From IMG/VR virus record IMGVR_UViG_3300005739_000025: DNA of 64,000 nucleotides; one strand, 5' to 3'. The position numbers and the translations under genes are program-made. Shown piece by piece: positions 1 through 7,161 of the stretch. Source of the DNA: a virus. Lineage: Duplodnaviria > Caudoviricetes. The notes under the pieces are model-generated. The model worked only from the letters and a program-made list of their open reading frames with translations. It made no database searches and was not told the DNA's origin. The number at the start of each line of letters is the position of its first letter. Positions within the stretch are counted from its first letter, which is position 1.

Positions 1-1
1 A

Positions 2-229
2 GAAAAGTATCTGAAGAGGAACGTCAAGTTGTTCAAAGCCGGGGAATTAGGCTTTAAGGATGATGTAAGGATGATCTTTGATGATGCAAGCACTCTCTAC
101 CTGGCCGGAGGCTTTATGGTTCATGGCGACTTCGATCAGGCCTATGGTATGTTGTCTAAGATGGATACAGCAGTGAGGGAGGAAGTACCAGCTTATATCT
201 GGAATTACTTGGAAAAGTTCGCCAAGTAA
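2..229 (+). CDS. Early hypothetical protein, 5'-truncated by the window; paralogue of 3182-3475
   Basis: Frame open from nt 2 (EKYLKRNVKLFKAGELGFKDDV...); aligns by eye with TYLTKNTKLFFNGQWEEDDI...LDTLVRDEIPNSVWNYMQKY of 3182-3475. Confidence 0.8.
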   Translation, partial: EKYLKRNVKLFKAGELGFKDDVRMIFDDASTLYLAGGFMVHGDFDQAYGMLSKMDTAVREEVPAYIWNYLEKFAK

Positions 230-324
230 CTAATCATCGAAGATGCGTTGCCGGCCCGGAGAGGGGCTATTAACCACAGATAAAAGCCTGGCAAGGGGAT
301 AAGGGTTCCGGTATACTTTAAACA

Positions 325-528
325 ATGAACAAACCAATGGTCGATTTACTGGTCGATAGGCTCAGAAAGACATGGGCTCTGGCAGAATCTTTGAATGGGG
401 TAAGAGGGGTGGCTCAGATTAGACGGGACTATTGCGATACGTGCAATGATATTATCGGACTGCTTAAAAAAGAACACGGTCTTAGTAGTGAAGAGGTAAA
501 TAAGATTTGGACTGATATAGAGGACTAA
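325..528 (+). CDS. Small early hypothetical protein
   Basis: 67-aa ORF; ATG 7 nt after TATACT of promoter motif. Confidence 0.8.
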   Translation: MNKPMVDLLVDRLRKTWALAESLNGVRGVAQIRRDYCDTCNDIIGLLKKEHGLSSEEVNKIWTDIED

Positions 529-529
529 T

Positions 530-739
530 ATGAACGGAGACATCAAAAGACAATTCAAAGTCAATCTGAAGATGGTAGGTCTAGACGGAAATGCGTTTGC
601 TATCATGGGGGCATTTCAGGCTCAGGCCAGAAAAGAGGGCTGGACAAAAGAAGAGATCAATGAGGTCTTGGATAAAGCCAGGTCAGGGGATTACGATAAT
701 CTTGTGGCAACTATAGCAGAACATTGTGTTAATCCGTAG
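530..739 (+). CDS. Conserved phage hypothetical protein (DGNAF...SGDY type)
   Basis: Motifs GLDGNAFAIMG and ARSGDYDNL recognised from a widespread small phage protein family of unknown function. Confidence 0.8.
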   Translation: MNGDIKRQFKVNLKMVGLDGNAFAIMGAFQAQARKEGWTKEEINEVLDKARSGDYDNLVATIAEHCVNP

Positions 740-885
740 AAAAACGGAGGAAATCTAGTAAAAACCTGCAGATTTAATAGCAAAACCGAGCGAATAGGTG
801 CGTATATCTGATAGGAACGTATTACATATCACGGTGTTACATTATTTCGCTTGAAGATATCGTAAGTTCCTGCATAATGATTGGG

Positions 886-1080
886 ATGAATAAGAAAAAC
901 GAAGAAAAGCTCAAACAGAAGCAATTGAAAGCAATCAACGGTCGATTAGAGAAGCTCGTCGACAAGATGAACAAAGACTACAACAACTGCATCCAGGAGC
1001 TTTTGCAGCTCTCGGTGCTGTTGCAGAACATCGAAACAAGCGGTGAAGCGCTCAACACCAACAAGGCTCTGATGCGATAA
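886..1080 (+). CDS. Small early coiled-coil protein
   Basis: Start moved to ATG 886 (7 nt after CATAAT); helical heptad-like sequence. Confidence 0.75.
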   Translation: MNKKNEEKLKQKQLKAINGRLEKLVDKMNKDYNNCIQELLQLSVLLQNIETSGEALNTNKALMR

Positions 1081-1292
1081 TGGATAAGAACTATACATTA
1101 CAAGAGCTCTCTGATTTGCTTGTTCAGCTCGGCAAAAAGCGTCACGGACTAGATTGCGCTTATCCTTTTGCACTCGGAACGGTTATAGGGATGGTGGACT
1201 TCCATATTAAGAACAACCCTGATAGGCTTCAAGAGGTCATTAACGAGCGCTATAGCTTTACACAGAAAGAACTAGCCAATGCACATAAGTAA
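1080..1292 (+). CDS. Small early hypothetical protein
   Basis: TAATG overlap with upstream gene; 70 aa. Confidence 0.75.
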   Translation: MDKNYTLQELSDLLVQLGKKRHGLDCAYPFALGTVIGMVDFHIKNNPDRLQEVINERYSFTQKELANAHK

Positions 1293-1449
1293 CGTAGATT
1301 GGGCCCTGGAGGCCGTAGATAGAGCAGCCCAGGCTGAAGAACTAGAGACTCTCGTAGCGGAAATCAAGTCTATAGTTGAGTCTCCGTTCTATAAAGACTC
1401 AATGCTCAGGTCTTTGATTACAAGGGAGATACAAAAAGCTGGTTACTAA
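1279..1449 (+). CDS. Small hypothetical protein (56 aa, not in ORF track)
   Basis: Hand translation MHISNVDWALEAVDRAAQAEELETLVAEIKSIVESPFYKDSMLRSLITREIQKAGY*; fills the gap up to the next promoter. Confidence 0.7.
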   Translation: MHISNVDWALEAVDRAAQAEELETLVAEIKSIVESPFYKDSMLRSLITREIQKAGY

Positions 1450-1475
1450 CAAAGGTTCCTCTATACTTAAACGTG

Positions 1476-1667
1476 ATGAATAAGAACACCAAATTCCACA
1501 AAGACCTCTTGGCCTTTGTCCGTTACATCCACAACAACGACACCATGACCATGGAGAAGAAGTACTACGCTTTGGTCTCCACTCTGGGACACGACCTCAA
1601 CGGGGTGATCAATGAAGATGCTTTCTTCTCACCGCGGTGCTCGGGTTATTCCAAGCTGGAAGAGTAA
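1476..1667 (+). CDS. Small early hypothetical protein
   Basis: ATG 8 nt after TATACT; MNK start. Confidence 0.8.
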   Translation: MNKNTKFHKDLLAFVRYIHNNDTMTMEKKYYALVSTLGHDLNGVINEDAFFSPRCSGYSKLEE

Positions 1668-1693
1668 TTAAGGTTCCGGTATTATAGGAGCTG

Positions 1694-1945
1694 ATGAATA
1701 AGAAAGAACTAACCAAGGACTCTATCACCGGGGCGGTATTCCGGTATGGTACGGCCAAGCTAGGCAACCACTGGATGGATGGTGAGGAGGTTGTTATGAT
1801 AACCCTCAAGTCCTTAAAGGACGGGTATGCCTCCTACCATCAGGTCGTTGATCTCAACACGGCCTACGAGCTCAAGTGTCAATTGGACAGGCTTTTGGGG
1901 ATCCAAATGCGTAATTGGGCCAAGAATCAGCTTGTAAACCGCTAA
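1694..1945 (+). CDS. Small early hypothetical protein
   Basis: ATG 8 nt after TATTAT; MNK start. Confidence 0.8.
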   Translation: MNKKELTKDSITGAVFRYGTAKLGNHWMDGEEVVMITLKSLKDGYASYHQVVDLNTAYELKCQLDRLLGIQMRNWAKNQLVNR

Positions 1946-1967
1946 TAGTTCCGTTACTCTATTAACA

Positions 1968-2333
1968 ATGGCTAAAGTAGAACACCGTAGAATCAATCGC
2001 ACCGTTGTCACGATCACCGAGGACGAGCTTCTCAAGAACCTCAAATCGACATACGCAGACATCATTCTTGATACAGACAGAGAAGATCTGGCCTCGGTCG
2101 TTGGCAGGTTTCTCAATGATTGTAGAGAAGTGGAACAACAGCGCTATGTCAAGCTGTTCAGGGATGGTATGACTATGATGCTCCTAGGGGACACGTTTGG
2201 GACCGTTGTGGACAAGTACTTCATCGATAAGAAGAAGCCCAAGCACTACGATACCGGGGAAATGGAGATCTTGGTGGTCATTGATTGCGGGGATCACATG
2301 CAGACCATTTACGAACAAGACCTCCAATACTAA
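1968..2333 (+). CDS. Early hypothetical protein
   Basis: 121-aa ORF; ATG 7 nt after TACTCT. Confidence 0.8.
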   Translation: MAKVEHRRINRTVVTITEDELLKNLKSTYADIILDTDREDLASVVGRFLNDCREVEQQRYVKLFRDGMTMMLLGDTFGTVVDKYFIDKKKPKHYDTGEMEILVVIDCGDHMQTIYEQDLQY

Positions 2334-2413
2334 AGTCTTATTCATCAACCGCCCGGATGAGAAAATATCGGGCTTGCACCGAGGCGGTTCTTCATATATT
2401 ATAAAGATCTAAC

Positions 2414-2584
2414 ATGAAACAAAAAACGAAACAGAAACTGGTTAGTAATCAAATCCAAAGCATCCGTAACGCTATCAAGGGCCTTTATCAGCTCAAGCGC
2501 AATGGTTGTTACTTGGATGCTCGTCAGCGCAAGGCCGTCTATGCTATCGCTAGCAATGACCTCGCCCCGCTCGAGTGGGCCTAA
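2414..2584 (+). CDS. Small basic protein (56 aa, not in ORF track)
   Basis: MKQKTKQKLVSNQIQSIRNAIKGLYQLKRNGCYLDARQRKAVYAIASNDLAPLEWA*; preceded by TTGCAC(2374)-17 nt-TATTAT(2397). Confidence 0.7.
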   Translation: MKQKTKQKLVSNQIQSIRNAIKGLYQLKRNGCYLDARQRKAVYAIASNDLAPLEWA

Positions 2585-2674
2585 GACCAGGTTCTTTGGT
2601 TAAGTAGTATAGCTTCCCTTCAATGGGCCACGTACTACGAGTACTAGGCTAGAATAGTACGGAACAACAACAAT

Positions 2675-2701
2675 AAAGGGTAGGTCTAGCACTACCCTTT
2701 T
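2675..2701 (+). terminator. Probable intrinsic terminator
   Basis: AAAGGGTAG-gtctagca-CTACCCTTT stem-loop followed by T run, just upstream of the next promoter. Confidence 0.55.
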
Positions 2702-2741
2702 CCCCTGGAATAGATTTAAAGTTCCCGTATACTGATTGGTG

Positions 2742-2924
2742 ATGAATAAGACAAACGAACTGATCAAGATCCTAGACGAGTTCTATGGCAATGGCATATT
2801 GGGTTTAGCCTCAAAGGTCGGCTACTTGACGGGTATGCTAAAGGAGATAGAACTGGAGTACAAGTCCGCTGGGACAATCTACGAAGAGCACATCCAGCAC
2901 ATCAAAAAGAATCTTTGCAAGTAA
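2742..2924 (+). CDS. Small early hypothetical protein
   Basis: Start moved to ATG 2742 (8 nt after TATACT). Confidence 0.75.
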   Translation: MNKTNELIKILDEFYGNGILGLASKVGYLTGMLKEIELEYKSAGTIYEEHIQHIKKNLCK

Positions 2925-2950
2925 TTAAAGTTCCGCTATACTGATAGGTG

Positions 2951-3160
2951 ATGAAACACAAAATTCAAATTTTAGATGGCTGTGGGCGGGAAATTAAGAT
3001 TATTGAACGCACTCTTAAGTACAAAGGTTTGTTCAAAGGTAATGTAAACATACCACCTCTTTTTTGTAGCTATAAAGGCACGAGTTATAGCGTTGCGTAT
3101 GATATACTCGAAAAGCGCAATAAAACTTATTTAGACAACTTTTGCATTGTAGTTGATTAA
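2951..3160 (+). CDS. Small early hypothetical protein
   Basis: ATG 8 nt after TATACT. Confidence 0.75.
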   Translation: MKHKIQILDGCGREIKIIERTLKYKGLFKGNVNIPPLFCSYKGTSYSVAYDILEKRNKTYLDNFCIVVD

Positions 3161-3181
3161 AGGTTCCGATATACTATTGGT

Positions 3182-3475
3182 ATGATTAAGACACCGAAAG
3201 GCAAAGAGTACGGTAAGCGCATGAAGGTTCTCTCCATCACTTACCTCACCAAGAACACCAAGCTGTTCTTCAACGGTCAGTGGGAGGAAGACGATATCGA
3301 ACTGCTCTACACCGACGCAGCTAACCTTGCCATGATTGGTCAGTACCTGATCGATGGCAATATCAACGCAGCCTACAGTCTTGCTTCTGAGCTTGACACG
3401 CTCGTCCGCGATGAGATCCCGAACTCGGTCTGGAACTACATGCAGAAGTATACAGAAGAGCTTGCTGCAGCTTAA
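3182..3475 (+). CDS. Early hypothetical protein, paralogue of 2-229
   Basis: ATG 6 nt after TATACT; ends ...EELAAA*. Confidence 0.85.
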   Translation: MIKTPKGKEYGKRMKVLSITYLTKNTKLFFNGQWEEDDIELLYTDAANLAMIGQYLIDGNINAAYSLASELDTLVRDEIPNSVWNYMQKYTEELAAA

Positions 3476-3498
3476 CAGTTCCGCTATACTGATAGGTG

Positions 3499-3720
3499 AT
3501 GAATAAGAAAACGTTCAAGTTCGAGGTCAGCTTTAACCTCAACCTAGCCAAAGGAGAGAAGCTCGACACAACGTCGATCCGCTCTTTTCAGACCCAGCTC
3601 TTCAATTTCGTCCAGGAGTGGAATGGCAATAACGGCTACTTCTATGGCTATGACTCCATCTACGGCGATAGAGACATCGACCCTACCGCCATCAAGGTTA
3701 AAAGGCTTGTCAGCCGCTAA
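3499..3720 (+). CDS. Small early hypothetical protein
   Basis: ATG 8 nt after TATACT; MNK start. Confidence 0.8.
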   Translation: MNKKTFKFEVSFNLNLAKGEKLDTTSIRSFQTQLFNFVQEWNGNNGYFYGYDSIYGDRDIDPTAIKVKRLVSR

Positions 3721-3740
3721 GCTTCCTGCATAATAATTGT

Positions 3741-3893
3741 ATGATCAATAACATCATCCAGTACATCAAAGACGTTAAGCATACGATGAGCTATAGCACC
3801 ACCGATGACATCATCTGGATCTATATGCCATTGGTCGTTATGATAGCGACGGTGTCGTTTGCTATCTGCTCTATCATCTTCACCATCCTTTAA
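3741..3893 (+). CDS. Small membrane protein (50 aa, not in ORF track)
   Basis: ATG 6 nt after CATAAT; C-terminal hydrophobic stretch IIWIYMPLVVMIATVSFAICSIIFTIL. Confidence 0.7.
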   Translation: MINNIIQYIKDVKHTMSYSTTDDIIWIYMPLVVMIATVSFAICSIIFTIL

Positions 3894-3894
3894 T

Positions 3895-3981
3895 ATGACC
3901 GAACAACAACTCATCACAATGATAGCCGTTATGTCATGGCTGTCCGAACAATCACTCCAAGTCAAAGTCTGGAACAACTAA
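3895..3981 (+). CDS. Micro-ORF (28 aa)
   Basis: MTEQQLITMIAVMSWLSEQSLQVKVWNN*; spaced 1 nt from both neighbours (TAA-T-ATG). Confidence 0.5.
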   Translation: MTEQQLITMIAVMSWLSEQSLQVKVWNN

Positions 3982-3982
3982 T

Positions 3983-4222
3983 ATGTCATTCGACGTCGAT
4001 ACACTCAAGCACACAAACGTACTTAATGTTGATCAGCTCTATCAAGACTATCCTCTTGGATCGATTGATGACCTCAATCCATCTGATGATAAAGAAGAGC
4101 TGAGACATATTGAGCTATTGTCTAAAGAAGTACTCAGTGAAGAAGAGGCCCAGGAGCTGGACCTCCTAACGGACAAGTTTATTAACGATCTGAATGATCG
4201 GGTAAGTAAGATAGTCTTCTGA
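3983..4222 (+). CDS. Small acidic hypothetical protein
   Basis: 79-aa ORF, last gene of the early array. Confidence 0.75.
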   Translation: MSFDVDTLKHTNVLNVDQLYQDYPLGSIDDLNPSDDKEELRHIELLSKEVLSEEEAQELDLLTDKFINDLNDRVSKIVF

Positions 4223-4280
4223 GACGCACATGATGTGGTGATGGATAGCTAGAGGGTGTGGTCTAGCTATAGAGGTGGGT

Positions 4281-4316
4281 GGGGTGCTAGAGACTGTGGT
4301 GGTTCTCTAGCACCCC
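4281..4316. repeat. Perfect 13-bp inverted repeat (hairpin)
   Basis: GGGGTGCTAGAGA (4281-4293), 10-nt loop, TCTCTAGCACCCC (4304-4316). Confidence 0.9.
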
Positions 4317-4466
4317 CGTGTGTCTAGAGAGCAGCACGGCTATAGAGGCTAAGGACGGAAATTTGCTCTATATAGAGAACAGGGTCTTAAACTTGGGTTC
4401 CCATGCTTCCGCGCGGGTGCAAATTTTTCGTGCTAAAATCAGCTATATGGAACTTAGACCGGAGTA

Positions 4467-4907
4467 TTATCTATCCAATACATCTACTATATCACCAAAG
4501 AGTTCTTTTGATTGTGGCTTTAAGGTTTCAGAGAAGTCTTCTTCCTCTTTATAGCCTATACCTGTATCGGTAAAGGCACCTTTAAGTAATTCTAGTAACG
4601 TCTTTTTACTAGATATATGAGCTATTCTCATTGTTTTTTTATGCCTATTATATGGAGCTTCATATGTCTTTATATGCTTATCTATATTAGCCCAATTACC
4701 AGGTCTATCTTCTGGTTTCATTGTTTTAAATATATTGACCCATTTAATAGGCATCTTCGTTACAGGAAACATCTTTATTAGCGGATCTTTACCTCTAAGA
4801 ACTGAATGATCATACTTTATAAACAGTATCCATAGTCTTTTAACTTTATTGGCTAATACTTCATCATATGTCTTTCCTATATTGGTTAGGTCTCTTTTAA
4901 AGTACAT
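4467..4907 (-). CDS. Hypothetical protein with C-terminal KP..K..FGDI tag
   Basis: Ends LKPQSKELFGDIVDVLDR*; TAAATA 7 nt before ATG. Confidence 0.85.
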   Translation of the reverse strand: MYFKRDLTNIGKTYDEVLANKVKRLWILFIKYDHSVLRGKDPLIKMFPVTKMPIKWVNIFKTMKPEDRPGNWANIDKHIKTYEAPYNRHKKTMRIAHISSKKTLLELLKGAFTDTGIGYKEEEDFSETLKPQSKELFGDIVDVLDR

Positions 4908-4914
4908 TCTTATA

Positions 4915-4999
4915 TATTTACATTTTTCGGCAACGACCCTTCGGTTTATATATAAGGGAAAAAATTTTTGTGCAAAATTTTCGTTCTAAAATCAGCCAT
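4915..4999 (-). repeat. Copy of repeated late-promoter intergenic cassette
   Basis: 4915-4955 matches 6365-6405 at 40/41 nt (tatttacatttttcggcaacgaccct[t/a]cggtttatatataa); similarity continues to about 4999/6448. Confidence 0.85.
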
Positions 5000-5048
5000 T
5001 AGGTTTTATTATAATTTTTAATTGCTTTTTGTTGATTAAATATTATTA

Positions 5049-5468
5049 ATGGTTGATTGTAATGTTGATAATATATTGGTATCAGGAGCTCAGGTTGGGA
5101 GGGTAAATGGAACATATTCAAATGTCGGACTATTAAGTGGTTTTTCATTCTTTACAAAAGATAATGCTACTCAATACTTCTTTATAAGAATTTCATTAAC
5201 TTCATTAAGATGGGAGATATATGCAACTCCTCTCTTTAGCCCATCTGCACCTCAATCAGTACTTTATTATAGCTCTCAGAGCTTTGATTCAATAGCAAAT
5301 ATCCCTCCATGTCCCTCTGACCCCACTATTGTTTGGTCAGGCCCTTATAACCCAGTACCTACTGTAAGTCAGGTGTCTAAAGTTCAGATGAGAGATTTTA
5401 AATTTGCTACAGCAACAGAAGCTGGGTCAGCTCGCTTTAGACGTCTAGTTGCTTTAGGTTACGTTTAA
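5049..5468 (+). CDS. Late hypothetical protein, possibly virion-associated
   Basis: TAAATA 6 nt before ATG; beta-rich Ser/Thr/aromatic composition. Confidence 0.75.
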   Translation: MVDCNVDNILVSGAQVGRVNGTYSNVGLLSGFSFFTKDNATQYFFIRISLTSLRWEIYATPLFSPSAPQSVLYYSSQSFDSIANIPPCPSDPTIVWSGPYNPVPTVSQVSKVQMRDFKFATATEAGSARFRRLVALGYV

Positions 5469-5848
5469 TCTTTTGGTATCCACTCCGAGGCCATCTTCTT
5501 GTGCTCCTCACCGTCCTCACGCTGGGATAGCTCTTCATCTCTACTAGCTATATCTTTATTATATCCCTTTACTATCTTCCAGGCATCTTCTCTTGACTGA
5601 AACTTACCTTCACTATCTATAAATCCATCTTGGAACTTCTTCTTTTCGTACATTTTATAGAATTTTTCAGCAGCGACATCTACGTGTACGTTATTAATAG
5701 CAGCCAGACGCTTAATGATTCTATCATGGACGTTGGCGTGCATATCACCTTTCCTCCCGGCTATTACCTTTCCGGACGGCAATTTTACAGCAGGTGCCAC
5801 TATCTTTAAGTTCTCCAGTAACAGATTTACTATAGAATCAAACTTCAT
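5465..5848 (-). CDS. Conserved phage hypothetical protein with internal-protein-like leader
   Basis: Leader MKFDSIVNLLLE; body motif IVAPAVK...H...QDGFIDSEGKFQSREDA resembles a common phage family. Confidence 0.8.
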   Translation of the reverse strand: MKFDSIVNLLLENLKIVAPAVKLPSGKVIAGRKGDMHANVHDRIIKRLAAINNVHVDVAAEKFYKMYEKKKFQDGFIDSEGKFQSREDAWKIVKGYNKDIASRDEELSQREDGEEHKKMASEWIPKD

Positions 5849-5850
5849 TA

Positions 5851-6359
5851 CTAACCTCTTCTGTTCTTTATATACATAAAGATACGCTCTACTATATCGC
5901 CAGATACAGTCGGACCTAGTTTTTGTTTTACTTCTGGTGTTTCAACTCTCTGGCGAATCCTCTCCATTAACTCGTTATCATCGGTTATGTTATAGAGGTC
6001 TTCAAAGTAATAATCTAATAGTGTATTAGGTGAAAATTGTTCTTTAACCGGCATTGCCTTACGGACAGGTACCTTTTGACCCATTCTCTCCTTATTAGCT
6101 AATTCTCTGGCCTGATCAACTAAGTTAACTATCTTCTTAAAGTCTACACCCATTTGTAAGAACTTTTGATTTAAACTATCCATTTTACCAGATAATAAAT
6201 CCGCATACATACCTGGTGTGTCTTTTTTATAAGATCTAACAACAGACGAGGGTCTTTGGTTATGTTATGGGTTAATTGCTTTAAACCTAACTGGTTAACA
6301 GTCATCATGTCCTGGGCGACGTTTTCTAATAACTTCTTTACTGTCCTATCGAAATTCAT
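5851..6359 (-). CDS. Hypothetical protein split by a -1 frameshift at A-AAA-AAG (62-aa short form, about 169-aa fusion)
   Basis: Track ORFs 6171-6383 and 5851-6210 overlap; heptamer AAAAAAG at 6228-6222 in frame; true start MNFDRTVKKLLE at 6359, 5 nt after TAAATA. Confidence 0.65.
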
Positions 6360-6364
6360 ATTAT

Positions 6365-6472
6365 TATTTACATTTTTCGGCAACGACCCTACGGTTTATA
6401 TATAACGAAAAAATTTTTGCTCGATTTTTTTGTTACAAAACTAGCCATAAGGAACTTAGACCCGGGTATTAT
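6365..6472 (-). repeat. Most complete copy of the repeated intergenic cassette
   Basis: Shares 41-nt block with 4915-4955, ggaacttagacc..gtattat with 4449-4470, and partial similarity with 7126-7152. Confidence 0.85.
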
Positions 6473-7125
6473 GGTATAGCTTCGAATTTACCCTTTATAC
6501 CCAAACCACCACCGGATATTAAACTATTCTTCATATCTGGTGGTACTTCAGTATTAAGAAACTGCATTAATGAGGCAACACCAGCTGCCCCAGGTCCGGT
6601 TATTCTTGGAGGCCTCATTTTTATCTTCCCAGTCTCAAACGCTTTTTGTAATTTATTATATATTTGTTGAAACTTATTAAAATCTCTTTCAGTCTTAAAC
6701 CCCCAATCACCTGTTTTAGGATCTCTTACAATTCTCTGAATAGTCTTTATATCTGTTGATGGGGCGTCAGCAGGTAGTACTTTATAATTTCTATTAGCAA
6801 AAGAATCTTTACTAGAAGCTATGGCCTGTTCAGTAGGTTCTTTTTTAAATAACCACTTATACATTCTATAAGCTGGATCTTCCAACTTATCTCTATCAGC
6901 TCTCAATACATACCCCAATTTTTCACCAAGCTTCTTATCTCTAACGTTCATAGGAAAGTACTGACTTTTAGGTTCTGGTTTATCTACAAAATAGGAATCA
7001 CCACCATAACCAGTAGATCTTACCTTACCAGTTTTCAATATATTACGCACTTCTTCTGAGCCAGTAGAAACACGAGACCCTAAATTTTGTTCTAGTAATC
7101 TGTTTACTAGTCTATCAAAATTCAT
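6469..7125 (-). CDS. Hypothetical protein with internal-protein-like leader
   Basis: Start moved to MNFDRLVNRLLE (7125), 5 nt after TAAATA. Confidence 0.8.
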   Translation of the reverse strand: MNFDRLVNRLLEQNLGSRVSTGSEEVRNILKTGKVRSTGYGGDSYFVDKPEPKSQYFPMNVRDKKLGEKLGYVLRADRDKLEDPAYRMYKWLFKKEPTEQAIASSKDSFANRNYKVLPADAPSTDIKTIQRIVRDPKTGDWGFKTERDFNKFQQIYNKLQKAFETGKIKMRPPRITGPGAAGVASLMQFLNTEVPPDMKNSLISGGGLGIKGKFEAIP

Positions 7126-7161
7126 ATTATTATTTACTATTTGCGGCATAGAACCTTCGGT

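Larger units (their letters stand above)
305..3734 (+). promoter_or_regulatory. Array of 10 early-type promoters, GTTCC-N2-TAnnnT
   Basis: GTTCC at 305, 866, 1455, 1673, 1948, 2721, 2930, 3163, 3478 and CTTCC at 3722; each is followed 2 nt later by TATACT/CATAAT/TATTAT/TACTCT, then a start codon 6-8 nt further on. Confidence 0.85.

Noticed and set aside
2347-2389. Inverted repeat AACCGCC/GGCGGTT enclosing a -35 box
   Set aside because: 7 bp with a long loop and no U-tract; could be chance in GC-richer sequence.
1080-2924. Weak similarity between 1080-1292 (AYPFALGTVIGMV) and 2742-2924 (LASKVGYLTGML)
   Set aside because: Too short to call paralogy by eye.
4250-4303. G-rich tract as a possible G-quadruplex
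   Set aside because: Only three runs of three or more G, and one is sequestered in the 13-bp hairpin; not supportable without experiment.
4318-4554. 78-aa plus-strand ORF across the junction
   Set aside because: Runs through the hairpin/repeat region and antisense into a real gene; no promoter motif.
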